Shown: positions 1 through 8,143 of the stretch, piece after piece | Layout: every line of letters begins with the position of its first letter | Position numbering within the stretch: position 1 is the first letter of the stretch | Assembly: GCA_024697595.1 (NCBI GenBank) | Contig: JAILFK010000008.1 | Location: forward strand, 23,972 to 87,971 | From: Lachnospiraceae bacterium | GTDB taxonomy: Bacteria > Bacillota > Clostridia > Lachnospirales > Lachnospiraceae | Direction: 5' to 3' | DNA: 64,000 bases | Program-made: the position numbers and the translations under genes | Notes under the pieces: model-generated | Databases searched by the model: none | Seen by the model: the letters and a program-made list of their open reading frames with translations, nothing else | Told to the model about the DNA's origin: nothing

Positions 1-734
1 TCAGCAGCATCAGCATCCCAATCGATGTGCTTAGACTCCTTCTCAATTGGCTGTCCATCCACATCAAAAAACTTGATTGCGTCCTCAGTAAGTTCAGCAA
101 TCTCATCATTTTCTATCAAGTACACATCACGAGTATACTTCAAAACTGCCGGTACATCAGATGCAATAAGACTACCTGTCTCGCTTTCACCAACGATAAG
201 TGGACTATTCTTTCTAACTGCATAAACCTTGTCTGGGCAATCTGCAAAGATTATTCCAAGTGCGTAAGACCCCTCCACACGATGAATAACTTTTGTGATA
301 GCCTCCAATGGATTTCCCTTGTAATAATAATCCAATAAATGTGCTACACACTCTGTATCTGTTTCTGATTGAAAATGGTATCCCTTAGCAGTAAGCTTCT
401 CGCGAATCTTCATATAGTTTTCAATGATACCATTATGAACTACTGCAATTGTCTCTTTCTCATTAAAATGAGGATGAGCGTTCACAACAGAAGGCTCACC
501 ATGTGTAGCCCAACGAGTATGACCAATTCCAACGGTTCCCGGCATGTTAGCGCCATCATGTGTCAACTCTGACAACACCTTTAGCTTACCCATCGCCTTC
601 TTACCAACAATTTTATCACCATCATAGACCGCTATTCCAGCTGAATCATATCCTCGATATTCCAATCGTGATAGTCCATCCAGCAAAATAGGAGCAGCCT
701 GTGACTTACCTATATATCCAACTATTCCACACAT
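1..734 (-). CDS. glmS: Glutamine--fructose-6-phosphate aminotransferase, N-terminal part (gene runs off the left window edge)
   Basis: Absent from the ORF track because no stop lies inside the window. Hand translation of the reverse strand from ATG at 734-732 gives MCGIVGYIGKSQAAPILLDGLSRLEYRGYDSAGIAVYDGDKIVGK..., the Cys2 Ntn-amidotransferase N-terminus of GlmS. AGGAGGA RBS at 741-747. The plus-strand ORFs at 25-572 are antisense artefacts. Confidence 0.92.
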   Translation of the reverse strand, partial: MCGIVGYIGKSQAAPILLDGLSRLEYRGYDSAGIAVYDGDKIVGKKAMGKLKVLSELTHDGANMPGTVGIGHTRWATHGEPSVVNAHPHFNEKETIAVVHNGIIENYMKIREKLTAKGYHFQSETDTECVAHLLDYYYKGNPLEAITKVIHRVEGSYALGIIFADCPDKVYAVRKNSPLIVGESETGSLIASDVPAVLKYTRDVYLIENDEIAELTEDAIKFFDVDGQPIEKESKHIDWDADAA

Positions 735-786
735 ATTTATTCCTCCTGTGAAATGTAATAAACATTGCTTTTTATTGTACTACATT

Positions 787-2127
787 TTAGTACCCATAAT
801 CTAGTGCATCTTCTTCATCTAGACCACTTATTTCCTCAATATCTTCAGAGGTACTTACCACTACATCCGACAGTTTTGCATCCGCATTACCATACATATA
901 CTGATGTAACTTCTTTACATTGGACTCCAAGCTACATGGTATAACCATAGAGCTTCCATCTACGACACTACTTGTCTTCTTGTCAAATGGGAATCCTGCA
1001 GTATCTGCAAGCTGATAATCTGAAACTCCTTTGGCAAGTCCTAATATCTGATTTAATGTCATATTCGTACCAATATCATCAAAAACAGCATCTGCCACCT
1101 TATTTAAGGTAAATATATTTGAATCCTTTGCTTTTTCAATAACTTTCTCAAGCACAATTCTCTGTCGTTCAGCTCTAGCAAAGTCTCCTCCTGATGTGGC
1201 ACGAATTCTAGCATATGCAACTGCCTGAATACCATTCACATGAACATTTTGTCCCGCAGGAACATCAGGTGGGACTTCCACACCAGCACTTGTAGCAGTC
1301 TCCCAGATATAACAATAGCTACCACCACTATTCATTGCAAATGCTTCTTGTTCTGTAATATCAAGCTCAATTCCGCCAAAGGCATCAACCATCTCAGCCA
1401 AAGCATAAAAATCTACTGCCACATATTTATCAATATCTAAATCCATATTGAGATTCAACATGTTAATAGCCTGCTCTGGACCACCATGATTATATGCATA
1501 ATTACATTTTTTATAAGTTCCTTCGCCATCAACATCAAGGCAGGTATCTCTGTAAACAGATACAACCTTTACTTCCTTGGAATCGTTATTTATACAGCAC
1601 AGCATAATACTATCGCTGTTTCCACTTTCATAATTTCCAGCAGATCTATTATCCACACCGAAGAAAGCTATTGTCGTATATCCGTCAAGCATAGCTTGCG
1701 TCTCTGCATCAAGATTATTTGTCTTTAAATTCTTCAAATCATCCCAACTTATAAGCCCTAGTTTCAACCATATAAACAAAAATACAAGTAATAATATCAG
1801 CGCCAAAGCTTCTATCACAAAAAGAATCTTTCTTCTCTTTTTTCTTTTTCGTTCTTTCTCTCTTTGCTTTCTCTCTTTTTTAGTCAGTGGCCTTCTCTGT
1901 TGTTCAGACGAACTTCTTGTACCAGCCGAACTTCTTGTTCCTGACGAACTTCTTGCACCTGACGAACTTCTCGCACCTGATGAGTTTCTCGCACCTGACG
2001 AACTTCTCGCACCTGATGAACTTCTCGCACCTGACGCATTGGCTCTCGTTCTCATACCACCACTGGTTGAATTTTTATTTCCTCTATCTGAAGGCAATTC
2101 GATATTATAAATCTCTTTCTTTGCCAT
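787..2127 (-). CDS. LytR-CpsA-Psr (LCP) family glycopolymer-to-peptidoglycan ligase with a Ser/Arg-rich cytoplasmic tail
   Basis: 446-aa ORF. It has a basic tail, one TM helix (ILFVIEALALILLLVFLFIWL), then LCP core motifs (FFGVDNRS, SDSIMLCCIN, VSVYRDT, ARIR...DFARAERQ). Good RBS (AAAGGAGA) upstream of ATG. Confidence 0.88.
   Translation of the reverse strand: MAKKEIYNIELPSDRGNKNSTSGGMRTRANASGARSSSGARSSSGARNSSGARSSSGARSSSGTRSSAGTRSSSEQQRRPLTKKERKQREKERKRKKRRKILFVIEALALILLLVFLFIWLKLGLISWDDLKNLKTNNLDAETQAMLDGYTTIAFFGVDNRSAGNYESGNSDSIMLCCINNDSKEVKVVSVYRDTCLDVDGEGTYKKCNYAYNHGGPEQAINMLNLNMDLDIDKYVAVDFYALAEMVDAFGGIELDITEQEAFAMNSGGSYCYIWETATSAGVEVPPDVPAGQNVHVNGIQAVAYARIRATSGGDFARAERQRIVLEKVIEKAKDSNIFTLNKVADAVFDDIGTNMTLNQILGLAKGVSDYQLADTAGFPFDKKTSSVVDGSSMVIPCSLESNVKKLHQYMYGNADAKLSDVVVSTSEDIEEISGLDEEDALDYGY
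1906..2037 (-). repeat. About seven tandem 18-nt units encoding (S-G-A/T-R-S-S)n in the LCP N-terminal tail
   Basis: Protein reads ASGARSSSGARSSSGARNSSGARSSSGARSSSGTRSSAGTRSSS. The DNA shows the matching ...cctgacgaacttct[ct]gca... periodicity. Confidence 0.85.
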
Positions 2128-2190
2128 TCTAATTTCTCCTTTATTTACGGCATAACCAAGTCAAAATTATACTCTCTGCCACAAATAGTG

Positions 2191-3594
2191 TCAAATATCT
2201 AATCTAAAATTCTCAAGCCCCATTGGCAAGTTTCTATTATAAAATGGATCCTCCGGAATCCACTTATCCTTCCACTTCTCGTTGAAACGATCACTAGATT
2301 CTTGTGTGCTCTCGAAATCTCTATCGCCACCACGAATGATAATGGCAGGGTCCACCACCACGCGATAACCTCTCTCGTTAGCTCTCATGCAATAATCAAG
2401 CATCAAATCTCTGCCGCTTAAGTTGGCATCTAAACCGCCAAGTTTTCTATATATCTTGGCGTCAAGCATACAATAATCAAAATCCACCGCGCTTACATCC
2501 CTTGGTATTGATGCAAGTTGCATATATGTCGGTCGATAAATTTTTTGGTTGTAAAATGCTGGAAATGCAATTCCATGCGAGTCATATATGTACCCACAAT
2601 TTTCAATAGCAAATCCACTTTTTATAAATCTGCCACCCACAACTGCCACATCAGGTTGTTTTATAAGACCATACATCCTCTTGACGTTTTTTGCTTCTTT
2701 GGTAAATGTTTTTATACCATCTTTTTTTAGGAAAATATAATCCCTACTGTGATGTTCATAATCATCACCATCATAATCAATAAGCCAGTATGACTCATCA
2801 GTACCTTCAACTACTTTTCCTTCAACGCCTTGTCTTCGAAGAGACGCCTCCGCCGCAACCATATATTCCCTTTTTATTGCAGCCTTAAATCCACGTTTTT
2901 CTTTATTTGTAAGCCTCTCATAATCCGCATCAAAAATTTGTCTTCTGTGATAAATCAGTGATGGCACATGAGCAAATGTCATCCTTCGCTCCATAGCTCG
3001 AAGAAGATAATCATAAGTTACCGCGTGAACTAATTTGGTCTGAAACTCTCCAATAGTTCTCACTGCAGGCACAGAAATAGCGAAGAAATCTCCAATGTAA
3101 TCTCTATGCAAAAGCAATTCCTTGTTGAAACCGGTTTTGAACTTCGGGTTAACCCTATCCACCCCAGCAATCTCATCCTCATCTGTGTAGATAACATCCG
3201 GCCACTGGCTTACATCTTCCACACCATCTACCATGTTTGCCATAATCTCGAGGGTATCTGGATTTAATCTATCGTGTTGGTTCAAGAGCAACATGTATTC
3301 ACTCTTTTCATCGGCTTTAGATACGCGCGCTAAATTTGTCAACACAAAATGGGCTCCCACATTCAATGCGTAAGCCTCGCCACCATTAGTTTTCAATTTT
3401 CTATAATGGGCTCTCAAATCCTCTGGGAAAAATTCTGACACTATTCTCGACACAAAGCTAGCAGAATTGTTATCAAGGACATACAACTCCCACTTGTCAT
3501 ATGTCTGTGATGACACCGCCTCTATGCAATCTCTAAGAAATGCCTCATTGCTGTCGTGCGCCCATATTATTATGGAAAATGTTGGTTTCGCCAA
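2191..3594 (-). CDS. Family 2 glycosyltransferase (GT-A) with an inserted middle region
   Basis: N-terminus FSIIIWAHDSNEAFLRDCIEAVSSQTYDKWELYVLDNNS plus a YTDEDE acidic motif. The C-terminal half carries the acceptor-side GT2 part (VAVVGGRF...LGGLD...DLMLDYCMRANERGYRVV). The start is TTG, with a stop two codons upstream and an AAGAGGA RBS 7 nt upstream. Confidence 0.8.
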   Translation of the reverse strand: MAKPTFSIIIWAHDSNEAFLRDCIEAVSSQTYDKWELYVLDNNSASFVSRIVSEFFPEDLRAHYRKLKTNGGEAYALNVGAHFVLTNLARVSKADEKSEYMLLLNQHDRLNPDTLEIMANMVDGVEDVSQWPDVIYTDEDEIAGVDRVNPKFKTGFNKELLLHRDYIGDFFAISVPAVRTIGEFQTKLVHAVTYDYLLRAMERRMTFAHVPSLIYHRRQIFDADYERLTNKEKRGFKAAIKREYMVAAEASLRRQGVEGKVVEGTDESYWLIDYDGDDYEHHSRDYIFLKKDGIKTFTKEAKNVKRMYGLIKQPDVAVVGGRFIKSGFAIENCGYIYDSHGIAFPAFYNQKIYRPTYMQLASIPRDVSAVDFDYCMLDAKIYRKLGGLDANLSGRDLMLDYCMRANERGYRVVVDPAIIIRGGDRDFESTQESSDRFNEKWKDKWIPEDPFYNRNLPMGLENFRLDI

Positions 3595-3620
3595 TTTTCA
3601 AATCCTCTTATACTGAAATT

Positions 3621-3645
3621 ACCCCGACTTTAATAAAGCCGGGGT
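3621..3645 (-). terminator. Possible weak intrinsic terminator after the pyrophosphorylase gene
   Basis: Hairpin ACCCCG-N13-CGGGGT lies 16 nt past the stop at 3661. The T-tail is poor (AATTTC). Confidence 0.3.
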
Positions 3646-3660
3646 GTAATATCTCAACTA

Positions 3661-4884
3661 TTATAATTCTACGCCATTTCCCTTGAGCAATTCTCTTGCT
3701 GAATCAAGGGAATCTACTCCATGTAAATTCTTAATTGGAGCAAATTCTTTTTCTCTTACCACCTCAAATGGCAAGTTGTTGTCCATAAGTCTAATCATAT
3801 CAACTGCAAGAGTTTCAAATTTATAACCATTTGGCTCTGTAGGTTTTACAAACTCACCTGCTGAAGTCATATATGGAATCTTCTTCTCCACAACATGAAC
3901 TGGCAAACTCTTACCTACAATCTCCTCAAGCTTATCTACTCTAAAGATGTAATTTAAGATAACACCATATGCGTAAGTATATTTACCATCTGGATTCTTG
4001 GCCTGTGCCATCTCATCGCTGAGCTCATAGTACTCAACAACAGAAGGTCTGCCATCCTCGAGACACATAACACCCATCTTCTCATATGGGTCAACCTTTC
4101 TTACAACCTTGCTACCGCTGACCATTCCACTGTCCAATGTAGCTCCGATAAATACTGGATCACAGATTCTTTGAAGTACATTATCAACCGCAAAAATATT
4201 GATCCACTCAACACCGCGCTTGTGTACATCCTCAAGCAAACCTGCCTTCTTAAGTGAAGAGAACCATCCACCATTTCCGTTTGGTGATGTAGCAAGACGT
4301 CCTGGCTCTTCTACTAGAAGCTTACCATCATAATCAACTGCAGCTGCCATCTCCTGAACGAAGAAAGCCACATCCTCCTTTGGATATCCAAAGTAGTTCT
4401 GCTCCTCAAAGAAACGAATTGTCTCATCATTATTCTTCTCACTTGTCATAATATAAAGTGGAATTGACTTTCCTGCTGCCTTGGTCACATCCATAAGGTT
4501 GTTGATCAAGCACTCAAAAATGTATAAAGTCTTATCGATTCCTACATTCAACTCACCCTTTGGCTTATCGAGACCAAGTCTTGTTCCCATTCCACCAGCA
4601 AGTAAAAGCGCAGCAACCTTGCCCTCTTTAATAGCATCTAAACCAAGTTTTTCAAACTCATCTTTCTTGGCATTAACCTCTTCAATATCCATTCCCTTAA
4701 TTGGAGTAATCTCACCAAGAGGAATCTCCTTCTGATTTCCAGCAAGTGCAATCTCTTCCCATTTTAAATCAGCTATCTGAGATAATAACATCTCCTGCTG
4801 AGCTGCACTTAGCTCATCAAAACCTTCCATAACATGCATTTGATCATGCTCTTTTAATACCTTTAACGCTTCATCTTTTGTCAT
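3661..4884 (-). CDS. UDPGP-family (UAP1-like, eukaryotic-type) UDP-N-acetylhexosamine/UDP-sugar pyrophosphorylase
   Basis: Motifs LLLAGGMGTRLGLDKPKG, SPNGNGG and VDNVL. I moved the start to ATG 4884 (MTKDEALKVL) because GGAGG lies 11 nt upstream. The track's 4905 start is a GTG. Confidence 0.82.
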   Translation of the reverse strand: MTKDEALKVLKEHDQMHVMEGFDELSAAQQEMLLSQIADLKWEEIALAGNQKEIPLGEITPIKGMDIEEVNAKKDEFEKLGLDAIKEGKVAALLLAGGMGTRLGLDKPKGELNVGIDKTLYIFECLINNLMDVTKAAGKSIPLYIMTSEKNNDETIRFFEEQNYFGYPKEDVAFFVQEMAAAVDYDGKLLVEEPGRLATSPNGNGGWFSSLKKAGLLEDVHKRGVEWINIFAVDNVLQRICDPVFIGATLDSGMVSGSKVVRKVDPYEKMGVMCLEDGRPSVVEYYELSDEMAQAKNPDGKYTYAYGVILNYIFRVDKLEEIVGKSLPVHVVEKKIPYMTSAGEFVKPTEPNGYKFETLAVDMIRLMDNNLPFEVVREKEFAPIKNLHGVDSLDSARELLKGNGVEL

Positions 4885-5024
4885 TTTAAAAAAACCTCCA
4901 CTCACGTTTATATCAAAATAAATTATATTTCATAACAATTTTTTAGCTATTACAATCTATATTTATTCTTTTATATACTTATATTCATCAGTAACTTGCT
5001 GCAATTCCTTTTCCAATTCTGCAT

Positions 5025-5963
5025 CTATTCATCTATTCTCTTATACTCATCAGACACTCGCTGCAATTCCATCTCGAAATCCTGCCGGTTCTTGTGAGCT
5101 ATAGTCTGCAAAATAGTCCCTGAGAAAAATGATATGATCGCTGTCATAAATACAAAACCGCATACAATCAAAGTTGGGAATCTATCCACCAAACCTGTAG
5201 TTGCATAATCCATCAGTACTGGCACGAGGAAGAATATTCCCAATATAACTAGCAACACTGACACAATACCAAAGAAAGCCATTGGCTTATAATTTCTAAA
5301 TAGCCCTGCTATGGTAAATAATACCTTCATACCATCTGAATATGTATCAAGCTTCGACTCAGATCCTTCGGGACGATCACGGTATTCAATGATTACATTT
5401 TCCATAAACATATTCTTGTCTGCCGCGTGAATAGTCATCTCTGTCTCAATCTCAAATCCCTTGGATAATACAGGAAATGTCTTCACGAACTGATATGAAA
5501 AAGCACGATAACCTGTCATGATATCTTTGATATCGTTTTTAAATAATTTATTGATAGCCCAACGAACTAGAGAATTTCCGAAGTTATGGAAAGGTCTCTT
5601 GTTTTCTTCAAAATATGTAGATGAAAGTCTATCTCCAACCACCATGTCTACATTTCTTTCCAATACTTTATCAGCCATCTCCTGTGCAAACTCTGCTGGA
5701 TAAGTGTCGTCACCATCCACCATGATATAACACTGAGCATCAATATCCCTAAACATTCTGCGGATTACATTACCCTTACCTTGTTGATACTCATATCTGA
5801 CTACAGCTCCTGCTGCCTTGGCAATTTCAGCTGTATCGTCTGTAGAATTGTTATCATACACGTAAATAACCGCCGATGGTAAAGCCTGCTTAAAATCTGT
5901 AACTACCTTTTCAATTGTCTTTGCCTCGTTATAACAAGGTATAAGCACTGCAATTTTATCCAT
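5025..5963 (-). CDS. Polyprenol-phosphate glycosyltransferase (GT2, GtrB/CsbB/DPM1-like) with two C-terminal TM helices
   Basis: MDKIAVLIPCYNEAKTIEKVV...YVYDNNSTDDT...MVDGDDTY, with C-terminal helices FFGIVSVLLVILGIFFLV and LIVCGFVFMTAIISFF. Start taken at ATG 5963 (GAGAGGAAATAAAATG), just downstream of the GtrA stop. Confidence 0.85.
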   Translation of the reverse strand: MDKIAVLIPCYNEAKTIEKVVTDFKQALPSAVIYVYDNNSTDDTAEIAKAAGAVVRYEYQQGKGNVIRRMFRDIDAQCYIMVDGDDTYPAEFAQEMADKVLERNVDMVVGDRLSSTYFEENKRPFHNFGNSLVRWAINKLFKNDIKDIMTGYRAFSYQFVKTFPVLSKGFEIETEMTIHAADKNMFMENVIIEYRDRPEGSESKLDTYSDGMKVLFTIAGLFRNYKPMAFFGIVSVLLVILGIFFLVPVLMDYATTGLVDRFPTLIVCGFVFMTAIISFFSGTILQTIAHKNRQDFEMELQRVSDEYKRIDE

Positions 5964-5979
5964 TTTATTTCCTCTCTTT

Positions 5980-6516
5980 TTACGACTCAAGTACATCATG
6001 ATCTACTTTTACCGATTTTTTCCTAAACACCAATAATTTACTAATCAAGTAATTTATAATAATCACCAATACCTGCGCCACATATTTGACAGGCATATTT
6101 GGAAAGCTCTTGACATCAACAAAATAGAGAAGCATCCACTCCTCAAAAATCAAGGTGATAAATCTACCACCACTGAAGCCTATCAACTGTGCAATAAATG
6201 CTCTCACTCCTTTGACATGATTGGTAAACACCCACGTCCTATTGGTTAAAAAAGCAAATATTGTTGCGCCAACCCAAGATATTGCATTGGCAATGAGAAT
6301 TGGCATCCCCATATTCTCTGTCATAATCCTATATGACAATATACTTATAATAATCGTTCCAAGTCCAAATAATGCATACAGCCAAAATTCTTTAGCTGCA
6401 TAATACATAGGCTTAAACCAAGCCAATGCTCTATATTTTGTAAACCAGTTTACAAACCTGTCAAACATATCTCTAGGTTTCGGATACATTCGGATCTTCA
6501 ACTCGTTATCACTCAT
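5980..6516 (-). CDS. GtrA-family small polytopic membrane protein
   Basis: 178 aa with four predicted helices and the typical GtrA layout (FTKYRA..., ...FLTNRTWVF..., ...LISKLLVFRK). It lies directly upstream of the GtrB-like GT2. Confidence 0.78.
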   Translation of the reverse strand: MSDNELKIRMYPKPRDMFDRFVNWFTKYRALAWFKPMYYAAKEFWLYALFGLGTIIISILSYRIMTENMGMPILIANAISWVGATIFAFLTNRTWVFTNHVKGVRAFIAQLIGFSGGRFITLIFEEWMLLYFVDVKSFPNMPVKYVAQVLVIIINYLISKLLVFRKKSVKVDHDVLES

Positions 6517-6576
6517 TTTTTATTCCTCAATAACACCAACTATCAAAGATATATCCCTACCATATATTCTTACACT

Positions 6577-7161
6577 TTATCGATGCTCTGCCAAATACTC
6601 CTTGTAGCTCCAATTAACTTTATCTTTATCAGACAAAATTAAATCCGCCTCTGTCATTCCCTCTGGAAGTGGCCACTCTACTCCAATATCAGGGTCGTTG
6701 TACATAAGACCGCCCTCATCATTTGGATGATAAAAATCTGTAACCTTGTAGCAGAACTCTGCATAATCAGATAACACTAAAAATCCGTGTGCAAAATTCT
6801 TAGGAATAAAGAACTGCTTCTTGTTGTCCTCCGATAACTTAATTCCAAACCATTTACCAAAAGTTTCAGAACCTTCACGAAGGTCAACTGCCACATCATA
6901 CACTTCACCCTTGATTACGCGCACAAGCTTATCCTGTGGATAATTAAGCTGAAAATGAAGTCCACGAAGGACACCTTTTTTTGAAGCGGACTGATTGTCC
7001 TGCACGAACTCACAATCAATACCTGCCGCCTTAAAATCATTATAATTATATGACTCCATAAAGTATCCGCGCTCATCTCCGAATACTGATGGTTCAATAA
7101 CCTTTAATCCTTTTATTCCGTTGCAATCTTCTGTAACTTCAAGTTTTCCGTATTTTGCCAT
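6577..7161 (-). CDS. rmlC: dTDP-4-dehydrorhamnose 3,5-epimerase
   Basis: FGDERGYFMESYN, RGLHFQ, KLVRVIKGEVYDVAVDLR and HGFLVLSD, the cupin RmlC signature. Confidence 0.92.
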   Translation of the reverse strand: MAKYGKLEVTEDCNGIKGLKVIEPSVFGDERGYFMESYNYNDFKAAGIDCEFVQDNQSASKKGVLRGLHFQLNYPQDKLVRVIKGEVYDVAVDLREGSETFGKWFGIKLSEDNKKQFFIPKNFAHGFLVLSDYAEFCYKVTDFYHPNDEGGLMYNDPDIGVEWPLPEGMTEADLILSDKDKVNWSYKEYLAEHR

Positions 7162-7211
7162 TTTCTAATTTCCTCCATTATCGCCATCGCAATATATCTA
7201 TAACCTTGTAC

Positions 7212-7240
7212 ATTTTAACAAAATTTACAATTTCTGTCGA
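7212..7240 (-). promoter_or_regulatory. Putative sigma-A promoter for the rmlC-downstream operon
   Basis: On the minus strand: TCGACA, 17 nt, TAAAAT, with TGT immediately upstream of the -10 (extended -10). Located 51 nt upstream of the rmlC ATG. Confidence 0.4.
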
Positions 7241-7275
7241 TTACACTTATCATTTGTTTTTTATCATAAATAAAA

Positions 7276-8130
7276 CTAATTTAAAATTTTTTCCATCGCC
7301 TGTTGTTTAACTGTCAAATCTTCTTTTGACCAATTAGATGCATTGAGATAATGAATCCAATTATCATCAATCACTTCATACATAGACATCTGAGGCGAAC
7401 CTGCCAAATCCTCAATCTGCACTCTCTCTGTTACAGCAAACGTATATCCCAAATATTCATCTGTAGATATAACTGGATAATATAAACTATAGTAATTACC
7501 CGCTCCTGTATCACCGCATTTCTTCATTGGCATAAAATCAACATTTTCAATGTTGTCCAAATACTCTCTTCTATAAAAGCACATTCCTGCCCATAAATAT
7601 ATACAACACATTTTACCATATTTCGTGGAAGGCATTGTTCTTTGCACTCCCCAAAACTTCTGCTTCTCTAATTTTTTCAAAACGCTATCAGGTTTCACAA
7701 GAAAAATATCGTGATCAATAAATCCAATAACCTGTGAGTTCCTTTTTGCAAAATAGTTATAATACACCCAATTCATAGCCGCTCCATTAGAATGGGATGG
7801 AATTGCATATGATCCATTATATGGGTTTGGAGGTAATTTAACATATATCACATCTTTCTTTACGCAGATTTCTTTGATCTTATCTGACGCTTCTTGGGTA
7901 TATGAATTGTCAAAGACAACATATTGATAATTATCCACCAAATTCTTGCGCAACTTATCAATTTGAATATCAATTACATCCGGATTTTCAAAAGCAATTG
8001 TAGCCAAATCAAGTTCTATATCGCTATTGTTGTTTACATAATCTGAAACATCACAAACAGCCGCCTCGCTCATATATTGTTTTTTATAAATAGCATCTTT
8101 TTTTCTATGCTCAACAAAGGATTTTATCAT
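7276..8130 (-). CDS. Hypothetical protein, possibly a GT-A-fold glycosyltransferase (DHD acidic motif)
   Basis: 284 aa. The pattern VVFDNSYTQEASDKIKEI...GFIDHDIFLVKP resembles a nucleotide-sugar-binding GT-A core, but I recognise no family. Confidence 0.35.
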   Translation of the reverse strand: MIKSFVEHRKKDAIYKKQYMSEAAVCDVSDYVNNNSDIELDLATIAFENPDVIDIQIDKLRKNLVDNYQYVVFDNSYTQEASDKIKEICVKKDVIYVKLPPNPYNGSYAIPSHSNGAAMNWVYYNYFAKRNSQVIGFIDHDIFLVKPDSVLKKLEKQKFWGVQRTMPSTKYGKMCCIYLWAGMCFYRREYLDNIENVDFMPMKKCGDTGAGNYYSLYYPVISTDEYLGYTFAVTERVQIEDLAGSPQMSMYEVIDDNWIHYLNASNWSKEDLTVKQQAMEKILN

Positions 8131-8143
8131 ATTAGTTTACCTT

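Noticed and set aside
25-572. Three plus-strand ORFs (66, 103 and 67 aa) at the left edge
   Set aside because: They are antisense to a clear glmS reading frame (MCGIVGYIGK...) that the ORF track misses only because it has no in-window stop. Their sequences are low-complexity and motif-free.
735-786. glmS ribozyme upstream of glmS
   Set aside because: Only 52 nt separate the glmS ATG from the LCP stop codon. That is far too short for the ~170-nt ribozyme, and I see none of its conserved core sequence.
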